The notes beneath the pieces were generated by a model. The model did not search any database. It was not told the DNA's origin and saw only the letters and a program-made list of their open reading frames with translations. DNA of 63,232 bases, filler included, from Rhabdomonas costata (Eukaryota): assembly GCA_019059605.1 (NCBI GenBank). It is 51 parts of 51 records of this genome, joined end to end, with 100 filler letters (N's around TTAATTAATTAA, not from the genome) between each part and the next. Parts side by side here need not be neighbours in the genome. Positions count along the whole stretch, not along the records: positions 36,027 to 37,168 come from JAHMHO010026536.1; positions 37,269 to 38,410 come from JAHMHO010026537.1; positions 38,511 to 39,651 come from JAHMHO010026538.1; positions 39,752 to 40,893 come from JAHMHO010026539.1; positions 40,994 to 42,134 come from JAHMHO010026540.1; positions 42,235 to 43,376 come from JAHMHO010026541.1; positions 43,477 to 44,618 come from JAHMHO010026542.1; positions 44,719 to 45,860 come from JAHMHO010026543.1; 43 more parts are not named here. One strand, 5' to 3'. Position 1 is the first letter of the stretch. Each line of letters starts with the position of its first letter. Positions 36,478 to 49,575 of the stretch are shown in pieces. The position numbers and the translations under genes are program-made.

Positions 36478-36980
36478 GTATACCTTGTGCCGTTGTCTTT
36501 TCCCAATTCCGCTCTTAAGATAACTTTGAAGGTCTTCTGTATCGCTGTGTTGCGTTTGATTCTCTCACTTGGGACAGAGATGCCTTCCCCACCACCCCCT
36601 CTGGCCAGGATCCCTCATTTCGGCAGTTTTTAACGCTGCACCGGTGGGTCTGATTATCCAGCCTGCCATTCCTTGAGGGTAGCTGTGTGCAATTGGTGGC
36701 ATTGGTGGTCATCCAAGCAAGGGTAATGCCAAAAGGTGTGCTGTGGCCCGGTGCACATGTCCTCGTGAGTCGGGATTTTCGCACATTGCGGCCTGGCCAT
36801 ATCCCGTTCCTGAGAGTCTAAATTTGCACCCGCTGGCCATTTCCTCGGCGGTGGCATTTTCAATTCAGCGTCACTCATTGTAACGCACAGGGGTTGAGGG
36901 AGGGTGGAGAAAATGGCGAGGTATTTGTGACTCAGGCGCATATGGTGTGAGGCGTGTCTTATTGAAGAGCTGGACGGCGT

Positions 36981-37015
36981 GTACCGTGCCGTACCGTGCC
37001 GTGCCGTACCGTACC
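36981..37015. repeat. (GTRCC)n pentamer repeat
   Basis: gtacc/gtgcc x7. Confidence 0.85.
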
Positions 37016-39149
37016 ATGGTACCTACGCGCCAACACTGACCCCAGAACTCGAGCGAGAGTTGTGGTTCTCCCCTCGACTATTGCGCAAAACATTTTTGTT
37101 ACTCCGTTCTAGTTTATGGAAGTGACTGGCCTGGGGTGCAAGGACCTCGCCATTTTCTCCACCCCCCCNNNNNNNNNNNNNNNNNNNNNNNNNNNNNNNN
37201 NNNNNNNNNNNNTTAATTAATTAANNNNNNNNNNNNNNNNNNNNNNNNNNNNNNNNNNNNNNNNNNNNGTTGTTGGGTACGTCGGTTTGGGGTTGTGATT
37301 CTTGGAAGCTCATAAAGAGGTAAAAGAAATCCAAGAGGGAATTTACATGTAAAGCATTGGAAAACTCTTAGAAAAAGTAAAAGCATTGATGGAGATTGAT
37401 TCTAAAGCCTGAAGGTTAAATTTGAAAAACACAGCAGAAGATTTTCCGACAAATTTCAGCGGTAGACATGTATTTTTTATAATATACATCCAATCAGTGG
37501 AAAAACCCAATACTGCACAAAAACGTGGTCAACGATGGGATGAGGGGATGAAAAGCGCAATATTACGCAAGGGGGACTCAAACAAAGGCACGATTGTGAG
37601 TAAAAGAAACAGCATGTCAAAGGAACTGTGTCGTGTCAAACGTTGTGGTTTGGCCCACAAGATGGAAGAAGGAAGAATAAGCGAGATATTGGGCCAGAAA
37701 ATCGTCTTGGAGTGGAGGAAAATGGTATTTTGGCCAAGGGGCAGAACAGAAAAGAGTATTCTGTGGGATAAAAAGGGTGAATGGGAAAGATGTGAGAAGA
37801 ATCGGTAGTATATAGGGGGGAACTAGTGGAAGGCACGGGTTTGATCCAAAAGGGTTTTTTGTTGGGGCAAAAGCAATTGAGCAGTGTGCCCATGGAAATG
37901 CCTAATGGCGAAACGGACACTTACCGGATCTTGAGACTGGGTCGGTGTTATGAGCGGCCATTCCACGAGGCGCAAAACCGAAAGCATTCCGGCCAGAGCC
38001 GGTGTAAGCACGAAGCTTTCCGACCGATCCTGCTTAGCATACCTAGGGGTAGATACCAGGAGCACTTAGAATCAGCAGAAAGGCCGGAGTAGGGCCGAAG
38101 ACGGTTCCTGCAAGCCTGTGTAAAATCAGGTAAGGGAAATACAATCACCACAAAAATGGCCCTTAAATCCGCTGCGGCGGCTCTAAACCCAAGGCATTCT
38201 GGCCCACGCCGGTGCCAGCATGAAATGCTCTTGGAATCTACCCTTAAGTATGCTAAGTTGGCCCGGCCGAAAGCTTTAGGCTGGGCAGGCACGCTGCCAA
38301 CGACGGCCCCGGCAAGTCAGGGTAAACGCATGGAATGGACTAAATGAATGGGGCTGAATGATGCTATTATCACGTGTTGCAACCAAACAACCACGTACAA
38401 ACACAACACCNNNNNNNNNNNNNNNNNNNNNNNNNNNNNNNNNNNNNNNNNNNNTTAATTAATTAANNNNNNNNNNNNNNNNNNNNNNNNNNNNNNNNNN
38501 NNNNNNNNNNGGGGTTCAAGCTGACTCCCGAAACGGGCAGAAACGGAAATGGTCAGAATTCCTTTCTTGCATGCTGATCCCAGGACCCTACACAAGGCTA
38601 TAGAGAAGCAGTATCTCTTCAGCCAGGAGGTTATCCCTGCTGAACGTCTTTCCTTGCTCTTTGACACCCTGTGCGCTTTTCTCAGCGACGGGAGACCAGT
38701 GGTGGAGGGACATGTGCGATCGGTACCTGAATTCTGGCGTCATCTTGGTGAGGTTCTCCTTTTATGACTTTCCTCTCCCTGGCAACGGCTGTTCCCACTC
38801 ACTCGATTCACCCGTGTTCTCGGCCCTGCCTTCGGGTGCGCAAGGGTGCGAGCATGTAACGAATGAATGAAAGCAAAGGGAAAGAGAAGTTGGCACTGCG
38901 AGTGCAGAAGTGTGGGTTAGGGCGCCTTTCAAACCTTGGATGAAATACCCCAATGAGGTTCCAAACAATGTTTGCTCAAAAGAAGGAAAAAAGAAGGCCA
39001 ATGGTCTGATTAGAACCACGTTTGAAGCAAAACTACCAAACAACAGTAGGTGTTTCGAACAGTGCTGACGCCTGTGCGTCGTCCTTGGAGCCATGCGTCT
39101 GGCCGTATGGATGAGTGCTTAGCCTTCACGGGGGAGGGGGTGCCCTCAG

Positions 39150-39385
39150 GTCAAACAACCGCACAATCGAAGCAGTCCGAAATTGGGTCCAGGCCTCCCG
39201 GTCCCAGAAGAAGTTTTACGACCAGCAGATTATTGACCGCTGGAGGAAGGCCAACCCGGCCCGGAGGTGTGACCTGACCTGCCGCCGGGCCAACGCCTCA
39301 GGCTGTCCCCCACGAACCGTGACCTTCGACGTCTTGAACGCCGTGCTGTTTCCGAACTCCTACATCATCTCCCGCAACCAGACAG
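39150..39385 (+). CDS. Nucleotide-diphospho-sugar transferase (GT77-like) exon
   Basis: SNNRTIEAVRNW...YDQQII...VTFDVLNAVLFPN matches the family pattern; ctcag acceptor and gtgcgc donor. Confidence 0.65.
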
Positions 39386-42300
39386 GTGCGCCCATTCCTT
39401 GCCCGCTGAAGGCAAATCTTTTTGCAATGACAAGCATGACAAGCAGAATGAAACTGAGGTTGCAGTGGCGTGTTGGATCTGTCTATCTTGCGCAAATGGT
39501 TTTATACAATCGAAGAACTGAAGTTGAACAGTGCTCGTAGTGTTTTTTTCCGTTGAAGTGGATGTGATTCTGCGACGTAAAAGGCACCGCTGGGTTCAGT
39601 CAGAACTTCGTTTGTCCGCTGTTATCCACTTTCCAGGGTGAACCAAACAAANNNNNNNNNNNNNNNNNNNNNNNNNNNNNNNNNNNNNNNNNNNNTTAAT
39701 TAATTAANNNNNNNNNNNNNNNNNNNNNNNNNNNNNNNNNNNNNNNNNNNNCGATGGGTCTCTGGTCGGGGAACAGGACGAGAACGAGGGCTCAAGGGCT
39801 CTTGGGGAAATCTATGGGCTCCCGGCAGGCAGCGGGGAGGACACGGGGAGGGAAGAAGGAAGAGCAGGTGGACAAGAAGTAAAGCAGGCAACACCCCAAA
39901 AGTTTGAATATAGTGAGAAACAAACACCCATTCAAAGTTCTATCATGGTAGCTTTGGCGCTAGTCCTCAGCAGCGTGGGTGCACCCTATTTGAGCTTTGA
40001 ACTAGTAGTACTTCTAAAAGTACTTTTTTGGGCCCCTTTCTGAGCGTGCCGTGGATTAAGAGGTGATGCACGGGTCCCCTGGGATTCGAATAGAAGAATT
40101 GCAGGGGTTTATGTGACGATGCACCTGCTCCCTGGGACTGTTTCCAGAATGTCTTGAGCTGCGGAGCGCAGCGGAGCTCCGCAGCCCAAGATCCTAGAAA
40201 CTTGTTGGATATATGTGTAGATGTCGAGGTGTGGGGGGAAGGGAGGCAGTAAAGGAGGTGTACGTAAAATCCGGGCGTTTGACTGCCTCACAGCTTCACA
40301 CCTGTAGTCAATATGAAGAACCAAATACGAGGGAAAGTACCTCCCTCAAATCTGGACCACGAACACCGCCCAAACTAAGGGTATGGAAAGTGGTCTGGGT
40401 GTTCCAGGAAACAAAGACCTTCCGCTTTTATTGAGACCAAGCCAAACCACCAACAAAGCCAGAACCCGAATCACAAAGCTCGGCGCGAAAACCGTGTCCA
40501 ACTGTGACGTCCAGACGTCGGCAACGCGAGGGGTGGGCTTCGATGACCCTCTCACCCACCGCAATGCTCTCTAACACATACATACACACACCACCGCATC
40601 GAAAACGCAGAGCGGCTCAAAAGTGTGTGCTCCGCTTGTCCTGCTCGGTGCTACCGCGGGGACGCAGCCTTCACCTTGGCCGCTGCCTTCTTAGCAGCCG
40701 CGGCACGGGCCGGCCCACGGAGCAGAGCAACGGCTCTGTCCCGCCACTCCGCGAGCCTCTGCATGCCCTGCAAAACCACAATGAAGAAAGACGCAGCTTT
40801 GCCAAAAACACAGGAAACCACGTTTCCATAAGGTGATGCTTATCGTAACTAAGCTCTTACCTCATACCCGTTCACGTTTCTTCATGCCCACAANNNNNNN
40901 NNNNNNNNNNNNNNNNNNNNNNNNNNNNNNNNNNNNNTTAATTAATTAANNNNNNNNNNNNNNNNNNNNNNNNNNNNNNNNNNNNNNNNNNNNTTGCATG
41001 ACTCTTTGTTTGTGTATGGAGGCAAGGAAGCCAGGTTCTCGGGGAAAGAGGGTACTTTTCGGGTATTACAGCCATTATACCACGGCGCAGGTCATGTAAA
41101 AGGTGGGAACTGCACCTGAAACGAGAACTCGGCAAAAAACGGGGCCACGGAACCTCAAAGGCGAGATTTGATAACACTAAAAAAATGGTTCCAAAGTTCG
41201 AAAAAGGCTGAAAATTCCTGAAACCACACGCGACAAAAACATATCGTTAGGCCGCCATTTAGCGTGCCCTTGCGCTGATACCTGAGACCAGCAACTAGGT
41301 TGTTCAAACGATAAGAATGCAGCAATGTCCAGAGTTCTGTTCAACGGTGCGGGCAAGGGAACTGACTGAAAAAGGGGAGGGCCGAGGGGAAGGAGAGGAT
41401 ACAGGAGAGAGCCATGGAATGGCTATACACAAGGACGTCTGCATTTGAAGCTCTGAGAACAGAAATTTTGAAAGAGCACTTTTTACTAGGAAAAATCGCC
41501 TGGGAAAAGAAAAAACCACCTATAGAGTACATCCAGTAGAGTACTTTTAATGTGGCACTGGTCATAGAATATCATTGTACCATAGCGATATTATAGGGAA
41601 GGATGCCGAACGGGATGCAGCGGAGGTGTGAGGGGCAGTCCCTACTGCCTTTTTGCTTGTCTGCCTTCCTCTGTTTCCGCGCATGCACAGCTCTTCTCCG
41701 CTGCCATACATAAATTTGACCGCTGCTCAGCCAATGACGACGAAAAGCAATTCAGGGCGGCGATGTTTGCGATCTCCTTGCACACGAGGGGGCGCACTTA
41801 GTCCACACCGCCCCCTTAGCAAATGCAACGCACCCCACTGGAGGGGTGACCTCTGAGGCATTTGCCAGACAAGAGAATGCCAAAACACACTGGAGCAGAA
41901 CCCGAAGTTTTGCGCTAAGGCCGCTCATCATTACAGCAGAAAACAATGCCCCCCACCCACCTGCTCCAAGTCCTGGCAAGTAATGGTGGCCCCATAAGTG
42001 CTTCCTCCCAAAGGTATCCATCGGCTTACCTCATCCGAAGCCTATGCACAACCCTCAGAGTGGTTGTTTGAGGTTCGGGTTAGAGTGGGGTCTTTGGGAG
42101 GGACAGTCAGGGCAGGACGCTCGTCCCCACACAANNNNNNNNNNNNNNNNNNNNNNNNNNNNNNNNNNNNNNNNNNNNTTAATTAATTAANNNNNNNNNN
42201 NNNNNNNNNNNNNNNNNNNNNNNNNNNNNNNNNNTTGTTGGGGTAACTTACCCTTTTTTATGGGTACACTGCCGACGTAATGCCGATTGTTCATTGGTAC

Positions 42301-42918
42301 CGTGTGACCCTGCGTGGCGAGGAATTTGTTTTATTTCGTCTCACTCCACTCCAACTGGATACACTCATATCTACACTTCGCAAAAGAAACTCCAAAAGGG
42401 GCGTGAAATGGACACTAATTCTTAAAATCAATGCCCCATTTCCCCCGTCGTCAATTCTTGGGCCAAGGAGACACAGGTCCCCAGCCAATCAGAACAGCGA
42501 GGGCAAATTTTTGCACACGAAAACTCGAATATTGTCCGTTTTTTTTCAATGGTGGACCCTTTTTAGATCAAGCTTTGCCATAAAAAACGAAATAGTGGGA
42601 AAAACCCAAATAGTGGGATAGAGAAAACCTGATAGAGAACGCGATGGTTGCAAACAGGACGAATCTCCTTTGTTGGACAACATTTCTAAAAATCAGCACG
42701 GGTCAATTGAGTCATGTGCTGTGCTTGCTGTGCTGTGCTTGCGCTTTCAATGCGTGTGACCTTCTGTCCTTGAGCAGAAATTCAAGCAAAGAAAACATCT
42801 GTGGCATGCCCAAATGTGTAGGGTAAAGAACCTCTCCCCGACACCCCGACAGATTCCCTGGTCAACGGCCATCTGCACATGCGCTGAGTGCGCCGGAAAA
42901 GACAACTTGAAGAAAAAC

Positions 42919-43076
42919 CTTTCGGAAAAGCTCTGCCAGCTGAACAAACACTGGCCGCGGCACGCGTCTCCAGGCATACACCACCAGCTCCTCGTCCAGC
43001 AGGGTGTGCCCGACGTGAGCATCGGGGTAGCTCCGCCCCGAGAGATACAGCTCTGCTCGCGGGAAATCTGCGGAGC
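42919..43076 (-). CDS. Exon, unknown protein (SADFPRAELYLSGRSYPDAHVGHTLLDEELVVYAW...)
   Basis: ttttccag acceptor and AAG|gttttt donor; open frame. Confidence 0.5.
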
Positions 43077-44799
43077 CTGGAAAAACAGAAGCAGGGTAAG
43101 GCCCAAAAGGGAACTTTCATTGAGCTGCATTATCCTTTCGGAAAATAAAGTGGAAAGAGGTGCCTGGAACCTTTGCAGCAACAGATTCTAGGGGGCACAT
43201 CTGCCAGAGTCATGCTTCGCATAACTTTGCTTGGTTGCTTTGTCTCTTTGGCTTCTTTTCCGCTTTCTTTTGTGCCCTACTCCCCTTTCCAGAGCAACTC
43301 TTCTCGAAATTGGATGCGTTAACACCTCCACCCCTCCCCCAGCCACCTATATTGCCATCATTGCTCCCCCACACAANNNNNNNNNNNNNNNNNNNNNNNN
43401 NNNNNNNNNNNNNNNNNNNNTTAATTAATTAANNNNNNNNNNNNNNNNNNNNNNNNNNNNNNNNNNNNNNNNNNNNTTGTGAAGTCATAACAGAATTTTC
43501 GCGTGTGCTTAGCCAAGCATGCAACAGACTTTAATCATGTGAGTGTGATGATTGTCAAAGTTCAATTATTGTATATCGTACAGACTCCGCCAAGCTGCGC
43601 CGAACAGCTGCTCGATTTTTACAGTCACTTTTTATCTTCGAGTCCAGCGCCTCACTTTCTGCTTAATGGTATTTTACGCATTTTTGCGCCTGTTGTCAAA
43701 CAGCTATTTTTGCTGCTCCTATTGCCTTCTTTTGAGAGCATATAGAAACGTCAATGTGCAGCATTTAATGGCTGCTCTACTGATATTTCTGTAGCATTAC
43801 TCCTGATCCACTTTCTTGTAAATTTGCATTTGGAAGCAAGCCGAGCATCTGAAGTTTGCAATTTGGGCACCGCCTGTTAAATATCACGTTGCGCCACCAT
43901 TTATTTCCACATATCTTCAAGTTTAACTTTTCAGACGCATCCACACAATATTCTCATCTTCTTTTGAAGACGCCCACACCATCTCTAACAAATCCTCCGT
44001 TTTTTGATGCTGCTCTACCACAACTTCCTGATCCAAGTAACACCGCAGTCATATCACATCCCTCATCGCCATTTATATCCTCAAAATTTGTCCAGCAACT
44101 GCGCCATCATTTGCGTACGCTTGTCTAATTATTTGTATCACGGCAGCCTTTCGAGCACTTGTTTTCGAATGATCATCCAAGAAGCACTCGGAATTATTCC
44201 AAGTCTTTCCTTTAACCGCCATTCAGGTGAAACACCACGTGGTGTTGCCGTTTGATCCTTGTTTAGTAATAAACTAACTTTGCCATTATTAATGGCTTGG
44301 GCAAAATAAACCAAACACGTCACACAGACCCGGTGTAGCGGTCCTTCTAATGTTAGAAACAGATTCATCTCCACAGGCCAAGGTTCAACCTTTTCCCGGA
44401 AACACATACTCCCATAAACACACACTCTAACAAAATGCCCTTTGTCCAAATGACCTTCTGGCCATTCCCCCTTGAACATTGCTACTCTCTTTTCCCTGCA
44501 CAATACCCGTTGTCTTTTCTTGCTTTCCTTCCTGCTTTTGATTTCCTTTGGTACCGCTTTTCCCCCGAGACCTTTTGGTCACTGGTCCCTACCGGCTTCT
44601 TGGCTTGGCGCCTGTGGCNNNNNNNNNNNNNNNNNNNNNNNNNNNNNNNNNNNNNNNNNNNNTTAATTAATTAANNNNNNNNNNNNNNNNNNNNNNNNNN
44701 NNNNNNNNNNNNNNNNNNGTTTTTGTGGGATCAATACAAATATCGTTATAGCTCGGTTCATGACCGCCAATATTTCGTTGATCCCACAAAATGCCACAT

Positions 44800-45810
44800 T
44801 GTTTACGGCACTTTCACAAATTCCATAAAAATTGACTGCAAATTTCTCACGGAACTTCCAAAATCTGCGCGCAAATGATGATTTGCATTACGGATCTGAA
44901 AAATGTCAAATATTCATCTTTCTCTTTTTGTTCCTGAAAGTGAAAGTCCAATTCAACATTGGTCCTGGACACTCCACAATGCCATGCGGCACTGGAATTG
45001 TGGTACTTCACGATCTTTTCTTTATCCCCTGGTACGGCACCGAAATCCTTCATGCATACTAACTCTGTAGGTGATGCACTTTGTTGAATTCAGAACCCTT
45101 AAAGTCGTCAAATTGAAATAGTTCCTCACAATTGCTGGATACAAGCAGTAGTCGGACCACAAGTCTTCTGGATATAAGTGATCCACGCGTATTTGTTCAC
45201 ACAGCGTTCAATAAGTGAAACCTCTGATAAACTGCAACTCCCTTTCCGAAGAACGTGCCGTGTGACCATCAATAGTGATGGCCTCCAAACACCTACCTGG
45301 AGTATATTCAACGTTTAACTCTTCAAATTCTCCAACTACATGAACTGTTGCAGTGAAGGTAATTGGTTGTTTTAAAATTAAATTAATTCTGAGTTGTAAT
45401 TAAACACTCTCACTTCAGCTCCCAACAGATAATGTTTCCAATCACTGGTGCCATCATCTCTTTTTAGTGCTGGTTAATACTTCTCGGCACATGACAACTT
45501 CCTCGACATATATGCAACGATTTGCATCTTTCTCTCATCCGTGTGCAACACCACGAAATAAGGCACTCTTAGCTCGTTGTGTTCAACAACATTAGATTCA
45601 GCGTCTGAAACTCTTTCTTCTGCAAATCTACCAGATTCAATTTCTCCTTCTTACTCATAATGTCTGCAACAAACCTATGGTAAAACCCAGAAACCCACAA
45701 ACAAAAACCTCTTCGCGTACACCTTTTTTTAACTTTGGCCACTTGTACACAGACATAAACTTCCTCGGATGCGGCCTGATGCCATTACTCCCCATATACT
45801 CAAGACTCAA
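44800..45810 (-). mobile_element. Highly decayed Ty3/gypsy pol (RT end - RNase H - integrase H2C2)
   Basis: EYMGSNGIRPHPRK..VYKWP, VAYMSRKLSCAEKY, WKHYLLG and YHNSSAAWHCGVSRT appear in gypsy order. Confidence 0.8.
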
Positions 45811-46578
45811 CTTCTGGATGCGCAAAAACACAATTATCAGAATTAGCAAACACACCAACANNNNNNNNNNNNNNNNNNNNNNNNNNNNNNNNNNNNNNNN
45901 NNNNTTAATTAATTAANNNNNNNNNNNNNNNNNNNNNNNNNNNNNNNNNNNNNNNNNNNNTTTGTTGTTGTTAACCCGTTCAACGTCGTGCAATGGTACA
46001 ACGGTGCCGAACCAGGGCAAAAAATCTCACGACAATAATTTCAACATACGTGGGAGTCAATTAAATGGCATTCATGTCTCGTGACTCGGCGTGTGCTCGC
46101 GCGTCTGGGTTGACGTTTTGCGGATGATCATTTTCTTGTAATTTGCTATAGTTGTCTACAAATATGCTCGCTGAGAGCGTTGAGGTCGTGTTGCGAGGGC
46201 TTCGTGGCAAGCTGTGGGGTGTGGGGAGTGTGGCGGCAAAGACGGAAGGTGTGAGGTTCTGCTTGTGTGACACTTCGACGCCTGGCTCATCGGCGGAATT
46301 CCTGGTGGTTTAAAGTGACTCAAAACAATGTCCAGCAACCGTAAATGTGCAACATTGTAGAAGGGTTTTGCGTTCAGGCAATGGTTGCGGAGTTCTTATT
46401 TTATATTTGTTTCTGAAAGGGGGAGTTGGTAAGATCCTGGGGTCCTGGACGGTTAAAAGCTTTGCGCAGACGAAACCTAGTTTTGGATTTCGCGTCTCGA
46501 TGAAATGTCTGCTTACGTGCGTGGGTCAGTCACTGGGCAAGCGACGAATTTTACACTCCTTTTTTCCATAACGAGTTA

Positions 46579-46606
46579 TTAGGGATTAGGGATTAGGGTT
46601 CGGGTT
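46579..46606. repeat. Short degenerate TTAGGG-like tract
   Basis: ttagggattagggattagggttcgggtt. Confidence 0.5.
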
Positions 46607-46987
46607 GCTGCCATAAGGCACCGGGTTCTGGCACCGGGTTTTGCAAAAAAAAAAGTCATGAAAAGATGTCCCCGTCGAATCCGGGAGGCCGACCCACAAG
46701 AGCAATGGCGCGAAGTCACAACTGGCCCAGCACACCTATTCCACCACCTGTTATAGTCAGTGTATTTTCGTCGGAATGCCCGGAACGACGTTGCGCACGA
46801 GAAGCACGTGGATCGTTTCAAAACTTAACCAACAAGATCTAAATTAATCAAAAAATGCCTTTAGCATGACTTTCAATGGAATGCGGCAAGCAATAAAATA
46901 TTCGGCTCAACTCCAAAAGTGGAACACAGGGTACGGCTGTAGAGCCGCCGCGCAATCTTTCTACCTGGCAATCAGTGAAAGGTCCCC

Positions 46988-47102
46988 TAGGACAGTTTAT
47001 TGAGATTTACGGGGGTTAGGTCGACTTTGCCACCCCCCCCTAGGACAGTTTATTGAGATTTAAGGGGGTTACCCTTTAGGACAGTTTATTGAGATTTAAG
47101 GG
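46988..47102. repeat. Three ~31-bp direct repeats at the contig end
   Basis: taggacagtttattgagattta(c/a)gggggtta at 46988, 47041 and 47077 (last copy truncated). Confidence 0.9.
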
Positions 47103-49456
47103 NNNNNNNNNNNNNNNNNNNNNNNNNNNNNNNNNNNNNNNNNNNNTTAATTAATTAANNNNNNNNNNNNNNNNNNNNNNNNNNNNNNNNNNNNNNNNNN
47201 NNGGGGTTGTGTACGCCCATCAGTTGCGCCGCTTTTTTGATACATTAGACCGTGGTTGTTAAACGTTTCTATTTTTGATTTGATTTTTTTCCACAAAAAA
47301 AGAGCAAAAAACGGTAGAAACAAAATTGCTCCATGGGATGATTGCTTTGGCCTGAAAATACCGTGTTCAGACATGATTTCTTGTCAACGTGTTATTTTGC
47401 CTAATTCGGTCCCTCTGTGGCCGGAGACGACCGCGGACCAAACGGTGTGTTCATTGCGGAATTATGGGTCGACCGTAAGGATCCCTTGCGGGTTCGCCGT
47501 GGTGGTAGTTGCTCGCGATAGCCAAAGGCCCCTATGGAAACCGAAAGAAGGGTCCATGTTTTGCAGAGCGTTGACTTCGAAGATGTTCGCCAACTGGCGT
47601 TCATGCTAGTGGGTTTTTAACTTAATCAGCTTCCATGACGGATGGCCTTTAGGGCATGAAACTAGTGGAAAACATGGTGGAGGCGGGCCCAACCTGGACA
47701 ACGGTGCAGACCTAGCCGTCTGTAAGGCGTTAGTTTTTTATTTTTGGTCGCTAAGATCTCACCTGTAGTTTTTCTCTAAAACACCTTGTCACAGCAGCGC
47801 CATTACTTTATCCAAATTCACCGAGTAAGTCAACATTGTAGGCGCTACAGACGCCCTTGCAATTTTAATAGAGCGGAATACCCGACACAGTCACTTTCTT
47901 TTCGTGACTTCAAAGCCCATTTTGAAAGGATCAATTTCGATGAAAAACCACTGATTCTTTTCCATTATCTCTTTCCTTCAAACAGCGTTTCATTATCAGG
48001 GTTTCAGTGGGGATAAATTGAAGACCGGAAGTCTTGGGAAGGGGCAGCTCAAATCTACCGGGTGTCCCAGTTAAAATGTAACAATAATCTTTTGAATAAA
48101 ATTATACAAGTTTTTTTTGGTGTATGAGTGTGGTTGGTACAGGTGGGTGTGGCACTGCCATTATGTTTAGAATAGATTTGAAGAGCCGTTTCAGCTTTGT
48201 TACCGAACAGTATGTAAAACACTTGAGGTGGAGTAAAGGACAAAATCTGTAAATAGAAGGAGACGCAGCCCAGTAACCCTCACCAATAAAATGGGGAACC
48301 ACCCACGACACAAATCCAACATCACATCCCAACCACCCCCCACNNNNNNNNNNNNNNNNNNNNNNNNNNNNNNNNNNNNNNNNNNNNTTAATTAATTAAN
48401 NNNNNNNNNNNNNNNNNNNNNNNNNNNNNNNNNNNNNNNNNNNCCAAATCGTTATTCTTCATTTATCCTCCTCTAGAAAGTGTGGTGAGCTTAGGTGGCG
48501 GTGTTCGCTTCCCATTGATTCCTACGGGGTATTTTAACGGGCTGGGTCGCCCAGCGCAGCGGAGGTGTCAACGTGCTGACGGGGCATAGCCGGAATCCTC
48601 GTGGAGTAGAATGGGGGGGGGCATAGCCACAGAGTCGCCATTTAAACACTGTGTTTGGGCAGGGTGGTTGCATTCATTCACCTCCTCATCCAGAGTTAGG
48701 AGACTGACGTCTCATGGAGGCTGGGTAAGGTGGCGATGCACATTGCAATGTATTTCCCACTTGGTGGGATTGTTTTGGACGCGGGAGCCAGCCCACCCCA
48801 GCACTGCTCCCATGCATCCTCTCACCTTCCTGTTACTTTGTTTTGCAGCATAAATGGGTCTGAAAAGGGTCAATCTCGCACTGAAGAGGCCATGGAGAAA
48901 AGGGACCCTTGGGCCCTTTAATTGACCTGGAAGAGGCAGTAACAGCTACGGCACTGCCTGTCTTACTTCAAAGTACGAGTTATTACTTCTTAGCTGAATG
49001 GTGTTTACTGTTTACCCTCTGAGTAGTGATCAATATTCAGCTGAATAGTGCCCTAAGCGGTGCTTTTGAATATTGTGTGTGTGGGGGGGGGGGAGAGGCG
49101 TCTTACCCACGTGAACCTTCGTTTTTGACAGTTTTGCGGATAATAAAGTTACCTCACATGTCTCCGATTAAACCATGACTGAAACCGTTGCCTTTTTGGG
49201 ACAACCCTGAGTTGGGTATCGACAGGAATTACGCTCAACTGCATTTTTTTCTTGACATTTTTCTCAGCGGAAGCTATTTTCTGGCTTTCGATTGGCGTCA
49301 GTTGCTGATCGGCCACGGATTCAAAAAAAGGTCGGAGATCAACCACCATCTGGGCACGCCGGAGTGGCGGAAGACGTTGTTTTCGGTGCCTTCGGTGCCT
49401 CGGTATTGAAAATTGCATCCCTTACTGCACTCCAGAAAACTGCATTCCTTACGCAG

Positions 49457-49575
49457 ATGAGCCAGCAGTTCAGCACCGCGAAGATGATGGCGGAGATGGT
49501 GCAACGCTTGGGATACGACAACATGATCGACGCCGTGAAGGACCGCACTCAGAGCGCTGCGATACTTATGGCCAC
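49457..49575 (+). CDS. Exon, unknown protein (MSQQFSTAKMMAEMVQRLGYDNMIDAVKDRTQSAAILMA)
   Basis: cgcag acceptor; GC3-rich open frame to the contig end. Confidence 0.45.

Noticed and set aside
43477-44618. Possible decayed non-LTR retroelement (also 37269-38410, with a lone YLGV)
   Set aside because: Purine skew and stop-riddled frames are suggestive, but I could not read diagnostic RT motifs.
46988-47102. CRISPR-like array
   Set aside because: Only three units, spacers too short and unequal, no cas genes, and a eukaryotic context.
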